This document shows, in pieces, positions 47,073-56,820 of a DNA stretch of 64,000 bases. The notes beneath the pieces were generated by a model, which saw only the letters and a program-made list of their open reading frames with translations, made no database searches and was not told where the DNA came from. Location: positions 12,216-76,215 of IMG/VR virus record IMGVR_UViG_3300010403_000002; one strand, given 5' to 3'. The DNA comes from a virus. Numbering within the stretch: position 1 is the first letter of the stretch; every line of letters begins with the position of its first letter. A program made the translations under genes and the position numbers.

Positions 47073-47420
47073 ATGAATAAGATGCCGTTACCTGATATTT
47101 TCAACCAACCGGACTACGAAGGATTGCCCAAGTCAGAGGTTGCGCGCATCGTGGCGCGCTCTATTATTCAGGCTAACACTATCAGGTGCGAAGTATGTGG
47201 TGGAACCTGCGAGTCTCAGGTAGGTCAGGGACTGGGCGGCTACTGTGACTATCAATGCTTAGGCTGCCAGCAGCGTTATATTTATGATGAGGGTTATCGG
47301 CTTGAGTTGACGCCTCATCAAATCGCATTGTTGAAGGTGGCCGCGCTCGGTTTGGAGTCAGATGCAAGCAGCACTGGGTCTGCACGTGTTGATGCGCAAG
47401 AGAAGGTGATATCAAGATGA
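47073..47420 (+). CDS. Zinc-finger hypothetical protein
   Basis: CEVC...CLGC. Confidence 0.45.
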   Translation: MNKMPLPDIFNQPDYEGLPKSEVARIVARSIIQANTIRCEVCGGTCESQVGQGLGGYCDYQCLGCQQRYIYDEGYRLELTPHQIALLKVAALGLESDASSTGSARVDAQEKVISR

Positions 47421-47588
47421 CGCGCGCCGAGGCTATTACAAAAATCATTCGCCATCTACTCGCCATCGTCAAAGTGTTGGCGATCTACGCGGGAGTGCAG
47501 GCTGCATTCCCAAAACTATTCGCTGAAAGTGCACAAGCAGTGAAAGACTAGCAATCACAATTTACTAGGCCACTCTCACACGAGACAC

Positions 47589-47650
47589 GCCGCCAAGTTT
47601 TTGAGCGCCACCTAAAGCACGCGCTCAGGCTTGGCGGCTTTTTCTTTTTC
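47589..47650 (+). terminator. Hairpin plus long U-tract upstream of the scaffold gene
   Basis: GCCGCCAAG/CTTGGCGGC stem with inner TGAGCGC/GCGCTCA, then TTTTTCTTTTT. Confidence 0.55.
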
Positions 47651-47666
47651 AACACAAGGATTTTCA

Positions 47667-49004
47667 ATGTCAGACATTTCTTCAATGGGTGCAACAGGGG
47701 CTGGCACGGCCCCTGCGCCGGCGGCTGACAACGCGGCGGCTTCAAATACCCCGGAAGCATCGGTGCAGTCAGAAACGAGCCTGGAACAGCCTGAGCAGCA
47801 GTTACAAGCTGAGGGGCAAGCAGAAAGCGCACTTGCGGAGTCGCCTTCCGCGCCAGCAATTGAAACCGAAGTCGAGCCAGCGCCTGAAACGCTGATTGAC
47901 CCGGCTCAGTTGGGCGAAAAGGCTGGAAAAGCGTTTGCTGCGTTGCGTACCAAAGCTAAGCTGGCCGATGAACTCAGTGCTTTCAAGGCTACGGCAGAAC
48001 CCATCGCTAATTGGGTACAGGAACGCGGCGGCATCGAGCCAGTCCAACAGGACGTGCAGATGCTCGATGCGCTATTTGCTCCCGAACTGGCAGGACGCGA
48101 GCCGTTCTATGACTACATAGGACAGCAGGGCGGCCCGGAAGCACTTACCCGAATGGCGCTGGATTTTGCCAGCACGCCTTTTGTTCTCGATCAAGCGTTA
48201 CTAAATCTCGGTCAGGGTGCCGGTGTCACGCCGGACGATTTGCCTGCCTTGCGCGAGCTGATCGCTTCGGGTGCCTGGCGCAGCGTTGATCAGCAAGCAG
48301 CGCAGGCGTTCACGCCCGATCCCGCCATCCTGCAAAGCATTCCCGAGCATTTGCGTGAGACCTACCAGTCTCTGCCGCCCGAAGTGCGCGCTGATTTCGA
48401 TCAGCGCCCGGAGAGCGTGCGTACCTGGGATTTGCAGCAGGCTTACATTGCGCAAACTGCGCAGCGCGAGGCGCAGCGGGGTAGATTGGCTCAGCAACGC
48501 GCACAAGAAGCAGCCGACAAGGCAGCTAAAGCCGAAGCGAAAAATCAAGCTTATGTATCTGTGCAAGGCATCGTGAGGCAGAAGCTTGCCAGTATCTTCA
48601 AGGATAACGAGCAAGCGATTGACTACACGTTAAGCGCGGTTGAATCGAAGCTCTACAGCAGCCCTAAAGGGGAGACGCTGTGGAACGAGTTGGAGGCGCA
48701 TCTCGACGAGGGGGAAATGCGCGAGTTCAACAAGAAACTACCGCTGATTATTGCTGAAGCTGAGGCTATTGCGAGCCAGCAGGGTAAGTGGCTCAACGAA
48801 CGCGAGGACAAGGCGCGCAAGTTTGACGATCTGATGCGGTTGGGATCAATGGATCAAATCGTGCAGATGGTGAATCAGTTGCGCGGCGCCGGACGCGACC
48901 CGCAGGGCGGGCAGCCGGTGGCACCAAATGCGAATGGCAACATTCCCCATCCTGAACGACGCGGCCAATTCGACCCGGCCAATATTGCAGCCTATGGCCG
49001 ATAA
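47667..49004 (+). CDS. Scaffolding protein (putative)
   Basis: Acidic, disordered N-terminus; helical A/Q/E-rich body; immediately before the capsid gene. Confidence 0.6.
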   Translation: MSDISSMGATGAGTAPAPAADNAAASNTPEASVQSETSLEQPEQQLQAEGQAESALAESPSAPAIETEVEPAPETLIDPAQLGEKAGKAFAALRTKAKLADELSAFKATAEPIANWVQERGGIEPVQQDVQMLDALFAPELAGREPFYDYIGQQGGPEALTRMALDFASTPFVLDQALLNLGQGAGVTPDDLPALRELIASGAWRSVDQQAAQAFTPDPAILQSIPEHLRETYQSLPPEVRADFDQRPESVRTWDLQQAYIAQTAQREAQRGRLAQQRAQEAADKAAKAEAKNQAYVSVQGIVRQKLASIFKDNEQAIDYTLSAVESKLYSSPKGETLWNELEAHLDEGEMREFNKKLPLIIAEAEAIASQQGKWLNEREDKARKFDDLMRLGSMDQIVQMVNQLRGAGRDPQGGQPVAPNANGNIPHPERRGQFDPANIAAYGR

Positions 49005-49034
49005 CTTCGGCCTTTTGCATTTAGGGGAATAAGA

Positions 49035-50321
49035 ATGATTGGCACAACCACTTACAACAACGTTGAAGTGTTCCTGAACCAGCTTCAGGACAACGAAGTG
49101 CACGTCCAATATCAGGACGAGGCGACTTTTTGGACCAGCGTTGTCAGTCAGCTTCCTGGTGAATGGGTAAACCAGAAGGGTTACGAAATTACCAGTGAAT
49201 TCACGCCTGACAACTCGCACGGCTATATCTCGGCGGGCGGCTCGAACCCGATGGGGGGTTCGAACGACTACGCCAAGATGTACGTCGGCTTTACGCGCTA
49301 CCGCAAGACAATTGATCTCGATAACGATACCTACGCCGATCTGACGAGCGGCAAAGAGTCCACCAAGGTGGACTTCGCCAAGAAGCTCGCCCGGGTCAAC
49401 GCTTCGGCCATCCGCGAGATGGAAGAAGCGGCGATGGGTGACGGTCGGGGCATTAAGGCGGTGGTAGGGAGCGGCTCGACCACTTCGAGTATCGTGCTGA
49501 CGACCACGCAAACCACCACTCCGACCAGTTCGAAGGGGGCGGAGTTCCTCAACAAGAACCACCGCTATGCGCTCTACGATTCGTCAAACGCTTTGCGCGA
49601 GGCGAACATTGTGGCCTCGGCGGTTGCGAAGGGCACGTCGCCCACGCTGACCCCGCAAACGACGCTGGGCGTGACACCTGCCTCGACCGACTACCTGGTT
49701 TATTACGATCCAGGTTCGGGCACGTCTTGCAACCGTGTCCCGCGCGGCTTGGCTTATTTGGTCAATAACGGCTCAGGTCTGTTCCAGGGCTTGCTGCGTT
49801 CGGATTATCCCGAACTCAAGTCCATCGTGGAGGACTTCGCCGGGGTCAACTTGCAGCCCTCCGACATCATGCGGATCCGCGGCAAGAAGAAATACCGCAG
49901 CGGCACCAAGAACGGTAAGCTGAACTTGATTCTGCTCGCGCCGTCGCAGTTCGAGAGCTACAGCCGCAGCGGCATCAACTTCTTGCAGCTCAATGTCGGT
50001 CAGAAGTGGGACGGCACGGTGAACGAGATCGCCATGGGTGACGGGATGATCATGGAGAACGTCGTAGTTGATGAAGGCTTTATCTACTTCCTCAACAAAG
50101 GCGACCTCTACAAGATCGAGCGTCGCAAGTGGGGCTTCGTCAAGGACGCCACGGGCACTACCTTCACAAAGAAGTCGGGCACCAACGGCACGGGCGCTGA
50201 TGGCGTCTATGCCAATCTGGGTCAAGACTGCAACCTCTACATCAAGGACCCGCGCTCACACGCGGTAGCGCAGCGCGTCGGCACAACCGATGTCGCAACG
50301 TCGGCCAATTCCTGGTCTTAA
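49035..50321 (+). CDS. Major capsid protein
   Basis: 428 aa, strong codon bias, position after the scaffold, followed by a terminator-like hairpin (50343-50372). Confidence 0.75.
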   Translation: MIGTTTYNNVEVFLNQLQDNEVHVQYQDEATFWTSVVSQLPGEWVNQKGYEITSEFTPDNSHGYISAGGSNPMGGSNDYAKMYVGFTRYRKTIDLDNDTYADLTSGKESTKVDFAKKLARVNASAIREMEEAAMGDGRGIKAVVGSGSTTSSIVLTTTQTTTPTSSKGAEFLNKNHRYALYDSSNALREANIVASAVAKGTSPTLTPQTTLGVTPASTDYLVYYDPGSGTSCNRVPRGLAYLVNNGSGLFQGLLRSDYPELKSIVEDFAGVNLQPSDIMRIRGKKKYRSGTKNGKLNLILLAPSQFESYSRSGINFLQLNVGQKWDGTVNEIAMGDGMIMENVVVDEGFIYFLNKGDLYKIERRKWGFVKDATGTTFTKKSGTNGTGADGVYANLGQDCNLYIKDPRSHAVAQRVGTTDVATSANSWS

Positions 50322-50390
50322 GGGATAGCTGATTAACACACCGGGGCGGGGGTAGGTCATCCCCGCCCGTTTCCCAGCAAGGAGAAAACA

Positions 50391-50958
50391 ATGGCTATTG
50401 CAGTCACATATATTGGCCCGGTGGGGGAGTGTGCGGCGCAGGGCAAGAGCGGTGCGGACTTGTATCGTCTAGCCGGCGATGGCTCTGCGACGACCGTTAC
50501 GCTGACGGCGCACAAGTCGGCTGCCGTACAAGTGATCAAGGGGATCATCACCTCACAATCGGTTAGTCATAACATCACCAGTGCGACCACCAACGCCGTG
50601 GCCCTCACCCTGGCGGCGGCCCTGGGCAACGGGCTGACCGGTGACGTGCTGGTCTGCGGCGACGCGGTGTAAAGGGGGAGTCATGCCAATCACTGGAACC
50701 AAAATCATGCCGGAAGGCGCGGAGATGGTGAAGGGCTATGCTGGTCGGCTCACTGAAGTCTGGCGACTGACTGGCGACGGCTCGGCCACCACCTATGCCC
50801 TAACGGCGCAATCCGGTCGTTATATTGAAAGCATTATCGGGATGGGCTTCACACATAATGTGAGCGCGGCCACCCCGTCGCTTTCGGCAACTCTGACCTT
50901 TGCGACAGCGCCGGGCAACACCCTGACGTTTGACGTGCAGGTCAATACACGCGAATGA
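50391..50958 (+). CDS. Two tandem paralogous small virion proteins (50391-50672, 50683-50958)
   Basis: Both contain RL(A/T)GDGSATT..LTA and HN(I/V) motifs; good RBSs; follow the capsid gene. Confidence 0.55.
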
Positions 50959-52888
50959 TGAACCTCTCCATTCACCCATTTGACCGTCTCCCCTTCACGG
51001 AGAACTATCCACAGCCGGTCAGTCTTCGGGAATTCAACCGCGAACTGGTGACGCTCTTCGGTAAGCATTTACCGACTGGGCAGCCACACATCCGCGCGGT
51101 CTGGATGCCGTCGCAACAGCGTGACGGTCAGGGGCGCTGGCTGGCGAAGGACTGGTCTCCCTATGGGCGGGGCGGTCATGGTGAATGGCGGCAGCGTTAC
51201 TTGTACGCCTCGTCGCAGTCTTATCAAGAAGCCTACGACGAGGCGCGTCAAATTTGGGGCGTGTGGGAGGTGTGGAATGACATCGCCCCGCAGCGCTTCT
51301 GTGTTGAAAAGCTCATCCTGCCCGAATTCGCCCTACCGGGCTGGGATCGTCACACGACCAGTTGGGTGGACGCGGCGCACATGTTCCGCGTGGGCCGTGA
51401 CGGGGACGGCGATGCCTTTACCGCCCGCAAGCCGGTTGAGGGATACTACGTGCCAATGGAAGGCGTGCAGCATCGGCTACTCAAGGGTGGCGTGATCGCT
51501 ACGCACGACGACTGTTGTTGCGCGCAGGCGAAGCGTGAGCAGGTGATGTGTTACGGCAGCTATGCCGAGCCGGGGGAGGCGCATTTGTCGCTCTTCCGCA
51601 AGGCGGCTTGTGGGATGCGCTACGCTGAAAAAGCCATGAAGCTGGGGCCACTTTCGGCGGCTGAGCGCGAGCAGAAGCGCAAACAGTCGGCTGAGCGGCT
51701 AGAGCAATGGGAGGCCGGTGTCGAAGCGCGGCTGACCCAGCGTATCAACGAAGCCAGGAAGACGCATCGCGGCATGCTCTCGTCTGATCCGACGGTACAG
51801 GCCAACGGTGTTTATCACTGGCTGAGTGGACATAACAAATCGGGCACACCGAAGAAGGAAGAAAAAGCAACATGAGTACACTAGCAACTGCAATTGCCCA
51901 GGAAAGCCGCAGTCAGGGCATCAATCCGCTTCAGCAGGTGCCTATCGCAAAGCCGCTGAAGACCTTCAACCGCTACATCTGGCAGCCAGCGGAAGATATT
52001 CCCCACGAAGAGGCCACGCTGGGCTACATCACCACATTGCGCGAGATGGCCAAGCGGTTGCAGATGGACGTTCCAATCAGTGGCAACTTCGTTGAACGTT
52101 GCCGGATTGCCCCTGTGCTGCCCGCGCTCAAGTGGGACAGGTGGATGGATGTTCCGGCGGAACTGCGCAGAACAGGCCGCGACCCGGATGGACAGGGCAA
52201 TTATCACGAGGCGTCGTACCAGCTTGAGCCGGGTGACATCTTTGATGGGTTCATGGCCGACTATAAACATTGGGGCTGTGTTGAGCTGATCGCACTACGG
52301 GGCATGGCGGTCGAGGAATTCATCGCCCTACAGATTGACGAGGCCTTTTTCCCGGAGCGTAAAGACCGTAGCGCGATTGGGCCAGACGGCAACCCGCTCG
52401 ACCTCATTCCGAAGGCTTATTCGACACTGCGAGCGCGGATTGCAACCGTGACTGCGAATCCGCCCGTCAACGAGCGTGAGCGCATTTTGCGCGAGGTGGC
52501 GCGCGACATGCTGTTAGCGATTGATGTGGCCGAAGCCTTCGACACACAGTTGGTGGATGCCGAAGAGACGCGCACACCGTTGCAGTACAGCAAGCGCGGA
52601 TTGCGTGCGCTTGACCGGCTTGAGCGCCAACGTCGTGACCACGCCATGAACGAGATGGCCAAGGTGCAGAAGGCTGCATTTGAGAAAATGACCGAGACTG
52701 CCCCCGCGCCAGCCGTAGGCATCACGCCGGACACGCTCGAAATGATCTTGAACCGGGTCGAAGAGAAGACGGCAGAACGCTTCGATGCGCTGGTGTCGAA
52801 GTTGAACCCCCCGCCGCCACCTGCAGAAGCCGTGCCAGCCGTAACCGCGCCGGCGAAACCTAAACCGCTAGCGCAGCCGAGCAAGTAA
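50955..52888 (+). CDS. Two hypothetical morphogenesis proteins (50955-51875, 51872-52888)
   Basis: ATGA-coupled ORFs in the head-tail module. Confidence 0.45.
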
Positions 52889-53637
52889 TGCCTGTCTCCT
52901 TTGGTGAGTGTTTAAGTCGGGTAAGGATGCGGCTGTTCGAGCCGCATCCGACCTTCCCATCTGAGCCGCATATCTGGCGCGCGCTGGCTGACAACGCGCA
53001 ACTCCTGTTTAACCAGGCGCTCAACACGCCGGTCAGTTGGCGCTTGCAATCAACTGATGTGAGTATCGGCCCGGGCATGGCAGAGATTATGCTGATCGCC
53101 GATAATTTCGGCAAAGATGTGCTGGCGCACACGATTGACCTGTCCGACCCGAACCACGTCGAGCGCCCGCTACGTCGGCTGTCAATGCAGTCATCATTGC
53201 TTGGCGGGGCTGATCCTTACGCGGCGGGGGGCGAGATTTCGGCGAATGGCGCACGGCACACTGTCAACACGTTGGTGTTCTACCGCAAGGATGGTGTGCC
53301 CTATATCAAGCCCCTGCCGTTACAGCAGGAGCAGTCGGCTGAGTACCGTATCTGGTATGAGAGCGCTGAACCGGAATTAGTGAGCGAAGGTAGCGAGTTG
53401 ATTCTGCCGCAAGGCGTGCCACTGTTGTGCTTGATGGCTACCCGTGCGGTGCTGCCCGTGGCGCGCTGGTGCGGTTACAGTGATGCGCAAAACATGGAGA
53501 TGCGCAAAAGCATCGCGCTGTCATTGCAGCCGGAGATTGAATTACACGACCGGGAGTGGCGCAAGCTGATTGCAACGGACAGGCAGGCGGGGCCGGTGAT
53601 TATACGTGGCTTCGATGATAGTGCTTATGAATGGTAG
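52888..53637 (+). CDS. Head-tail adaptor-like protein
   Basis: Size, position and helix-beta-helix layout typical of podovirus adaptors. Confidence 0.45.
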   Translation: MPVSFGECLSRVRMRLFEPHPTFPSEPHIWRALADNAQLLFNQALNTPVSWRLQSTDVSIGPGMAEIMLIADNFGKDVLAHTIDLSDPNHVERPLRRLSMQSSLLGGADPYAAGGEISANGARHTVNTLVFYRKDGVPYIKPLPLQQEQSAEYRIWYESAEPELVSEGSELILPQGVPLLCLMATRAVLPVARWCGYSDAQNMEMRKSIALSLQPEIELHDREWRKLIATDRQAGPVIIRGFDDSAYEW

Positions 53638-53645
53638 GCTGACTC

Positions 53646-53981
53646 ATGATTAACGAATCTCAAATCCGACAACACATCGCTAGCTTCCTTGCAGGGAAGG
53701 AGAGTCTGGCCGACTTTGAAGATTGGCTCGCCCGGAACTCCTGGAATATGCACAAGGACAGCGAGCAAAACGCACAAGATTTAGTCTCTGACATTGAGCT
53801 CCGTTTATCGGAATTTAGTAGCGGGCATCTATCTGAAGATGAATTGAAACAGGAACTCGCATCATTAGCCAATGAGATCAAGATGTCACGGAGACTAGGG
53901 GTCAGTAGCCCAGTCATTAAGACCGCAGCGAGTGCGATTACTTATGTCATATACGCCCCCGTGACGCATGTAGGTAGATAG
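53646..53981 (+). CDS. Acidic helical hypothetical protein (lower-GC insert)
   Basis: FLAGKESLADFEDW...LSEDELKQEL. Confidence 0.45.
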   Translation: MINESQIRQHIASFLAGKESLADFEDWLARNSWNMHKDSEQNAQDLVSDIELRLSEFSSGHLSEDELKQELASLANEIKMSRRLGVSSPVIKTAASAITYVIYAPVTHVGR

Positions 53982-54005
53982 GAAGTTCTTTGTTTGTAAT
54001 ATCAG

Positions 54006-54710
54006 ATGGTTCCAATGGCAAAAATCGCAGTCGAGGCCGCGACTCAGTTGGGCGCGCTTAAGGGCGCGCAAGCCGCCTCGGCTGAGTCGAATTACACGGC
54101 GGCCTGGGCCTCGGTGCAATTTGTCAAGCCCGACTTCACCAAGACGATGATTGAGGATGCGGTGTTGGGCGTTATCACCGATGCCGTGCACGCCATTGCC
54201 AGCACGCGCCAACATCCTGAACGGGTAGATTTCAATCAAAACACGGCGTCCCTAGCCAATCGCGCGTCCCTGCCCGGCACAGCCAACAGCATTAAGGTCA
54301 CCGGGGTGATGGGTCGGGTGAAAGACGCGGAGAACGGTGAGACGTTGCTGCCGGTCAGCCTGGATCGTGTACGCAGCTTCAACCGCCACCCTGCGATTTA
54401 CGACGAAATGGCGACGTACTGGTATGCGGTGGACGAGGGAGCGGGAGTGATCGAGCACACGCGCGGCAATGTCATCATTGAGTGGCCTGCCTTCGAGCGC
54501 CCGACGTTTACGGGCGACATTCCGCTGCGCGACTGGCACGAATGGCACTTGGTGGACGGGGTAGTGGCGCGCCTATCTCCGAAAGAAGACATCTACGCGA
54601 CCTTGCAGCAGGGTGCGCAACAGCGTTGGAATGATTATCTGGCGGAGATTGCAGCGGTGGGCGCGGCTGAGGCGCAGACGGCCACTCAGCGCGCGGCGGC
54701 GACACGATGA
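54006..54710 (+). CDS. Adaptor/structural protein (putative)
   Basis: Position and size in the tail module. Confidence 0.4.
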   Translation: MVPMAKIAVEAATQLGALKGAQAASAESNYTAAWASVQFVKPDFTKTMIEDAVLGVITDAVHAIASTRQHPERVDFNQNTASLANRASLPGTANSIKVTGVMGRVKDAENGETLLPVSLDRVRSFNRHPAIYDEMATYWYAVDEGAGVIEHTRGNVIIEWPAFERPTFTGDIPLRDWHEWHLVDGVVARLSPKEDIYATLQQGAQQRWNDYLAEIAAVGAAEAQTATQRAAATR

Positions 54711-54945
54711 GTCTGCGCGTTTTTATTTGCACGGACCATGACTGTTACTGGCCAGTCGGGGTCGCGTCGGTGGTCGTCGCTGAGGACGAAGAAGGCGCGC
54801 GCGCTTTGCTTGATGCAGCGCTGGTTGGTCGTAATGGGCCGAAAGGTGGACTGCAACCGCATGCCGAATCGCCTTACACCTTGCAAGAGTTGGATGTGAC
54901 TAGGCCTGGCGCGCAGATATTGCTTGACGGCGATTATTAACCATT

Positions 54946-55479
54946 ATGCGCTACTTTATAGATACAGAATTCATTGAAGACGGAAAGACGATTGATCTGA
55001 TTTCAATCGGCATTGTGGCTGAAGACGGGCGGGAGTTTTACGCGCAGAATCAAGATTGTAACTTAGCGCGCGCCAGTGACTGGGTTCAAGCGAATGTTTT
55101 TCCCTTTCTGGAAACGTTCGACATGTCAACCTTACAGCCACACAGGGATATGGATGACGACGTAGAAGGACGTTGGTATACGCGCTCTGCGATTGCGGAT
55201 GAGCTTGTGGGGTTTTGCGAGCCTGCGCGATACGGCAAGCCTGAATTCTGGGGCTATTACTCCGCTTACGATCACGTCGCGCTTTGTCAACTCTTTGGCA
55301 CGATGATGGATTTACCCAGGGATTGGCCGATGTACACACGCGACATAAAACAGCTACATGATTTTCTTGGCAATCCCACACTGCCAGAACAGGGCAAGGG
55401 CGAGCATCACGCGCTCGCGGATGCCCGCTGGAACAAGCAGGCTTGGGAATGCCTGCAACGCCTGCGAGTGAAGTCATAG
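54946..55479 (+). CDS. DEDDh 3'-5' exo(ribo)nuclease, Rv2179c/DUF5051-like
   Basis: YFIDTEF...LISIGIVAEDGREFY...AYDHV...HHALADARWN. Confidence 0.85.
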   Translation: MRYFIDTEFIEDGKTIDLISIGIVAEDGREFYAQNQDCNLARASDWVQANVFPFLETFDMSTLQPHRDMDDDVEGRWYTRSAIADELVGFCEPARYGKPEFWGYYSAYDHVALCQLFGTMMDLPRDWPMYTRDIKQLHDFLGNPTLPEQGKGEHHALADARWNKQAWECLQRLRVKS

Positions 55480-55482
55480 CGC

Positions 55483-55566
55483 ATGACTAAAGACCAGCTT
55501 ATCGAGTACGCCAAGCGCCGTCTTTCCGCTGGAGAGGCCGATCCGCGGATTTGGCCAGAGAACGAG
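55483..55566 (+). pseudogene. Orphaned 5' end (28 codons) of the tail gene interrupted by the HNH cassette
   Basis: MTKDQLIEYAKRRLSAGEADPRIWPENE, 23/28 identical to the N-terminus encoded at 56233-56316. Confidence 0.7.
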
Positions 55567-56148
55567 CTAACTGTGAGACTGTTTACGCTGGCGCGCTTTT
55601 TCGTGCTTGAGATAGCGCACGTGTCTGCGTTCTTTCTCGCTCTGTACCCAGGCGGGGTTTTGCTGCAATTTGCGATAAGTTTGCTTCTGGCTTGCTCGGA
55701 CACACGTCCTACATGCTCTGGCCTTCCCTTGGCATCGCCAGATCGTGTTTTCTGGTGTGTACTCGTGGCCGTGGATACAGTGCGTTTGAGTCGCTTTTTT
55801 AGTAGCTCGCCAATTTACGCGCGACATGTTGACCTGTTTAGTCACAAGTTCGAGATGGGCTGGATTGCAGCATTTGCGGTTCTTGCATAAATGATCCATC
55901 TCAACATCGGTGCGTTGGCGCGTGCAAGGGGGTAAAGGCGCAACCAACCATGCGTACATCAGGCGATGTGCGCGGATTGGTTTTCGATGCCACGTCGCAT
56001 GTCCATAGCCACCAGCATTAATACAGCCAGTCCATTCCCAGCAAGGGGTGGCATTAAAGAGCAGTGCAGTGCTGACGTGTATGCGACTGAACACGCTGGT
56101 AATTTGTTTCAGGGATAAATGATCTATTGTAAGATAGGCTTTAGTCAT
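55567..56148 (-). mobile_element. Free-standing HNH homing endonuclease (antisense insertion)
   Basis: CWEWTG...GYG...AHRLMY...MDHLCKNRKCCNPAHLE.VT...N, plus THCIHGHEY...CRTC domain; own TGcTATAAT promoter (56230-56222) and a 14-bp hairpin (56181-56215). Confidence 0.85.
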
Positions 56149-56232
56149 AAGGCGTAACTCCATTTACGTACTTGTGATGAGAGCCGCTCAAGGTATGATT
56201 CACTTTGAGCGGCTCGTTTGGATTATAGCACG

Positions 56233-56820
56233 ATGACCAAATCCGAGTTAATAGAATATGTCAAAAGGCGGCTGGCTGCTGGAGAGGCCGATCCACGGAT
56301 TTGGGCGGAAAACGAGATAGAAATTGCTGCCGCCGTCAACACGGCGCTGGGGCGGCTCGGCTACCAGGTGATGCGCGATGAGAACCTCTGCGCTCACCTA
56401 CAGGATACCTACACGCTCGCCTTGAATATCAGTGGAGAAGGCGCGTTGAGCGCGGCGAGCAGCGTTTCAGGTGTCAACGGTGTGCTGCTGTATGAAAGTG
56501 TGTGGAACGGGCCGGTGCTGGACAATGACGGTCGCACGCTCTGGCCGCTGCGTCATTACAGTGACTTCTTGAGGCCGCAACCCGCACATCGCGGTTACTT
56601 TCATTTGCAAAATGGGCGAGTGCTGACACGGCGCGATGGCGCGCAGGTCAATTCAGCGCAGGACGTACAAGGCGCAACTTCGCCGCTGTCGTTTTCGGGA
56701 AGCTATTCGCCGAATAGTGTGGACGATGTGCCCGACGAGTTGGATGATCTGTTGATTGACATCTTGGTGGGTGTAATTCGGGGGAGTGTCGCTAAGCTAG
56801 CCAATGCCTCTGCTCCTTGA
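56233..56820 (+). CDS. Tail/adaptor structural protein (restored copy)
   Basis: Full-length ORF overlapping the next tail gene. Confidence 0.55.
   Translation: MTKSELIEYVKRRLAAGEADPRIWAENEIEIAAAVNTALGRLGYQVMRDENLCAHLQDTYTLALNISGEGALSAASSVSGVNGVLLYESVWNGPVLDNDGRTLWPLRHYSDFLRPQPAHRGYFHLQNGRVLTRRDGAQVNSAQDVQGATSPLSFSGSYSPNSVDDVPDELDDLLIDILVGVIRGSVAKLANASAP

Noticed and set aside
55483-55890. 135-aa hydrophobic ORF as a membrane protein
   Set aside because: Only the first 28 codons are a real remnant; the rest is antisense read-through of the HNH gene.
55567-56232. Group I intron carrying the HNH
   Set aside because: The insert is almost entirely the antisense ORF with no room for intron core helices, and the duplicated 5' end makes splicing unnecessary.
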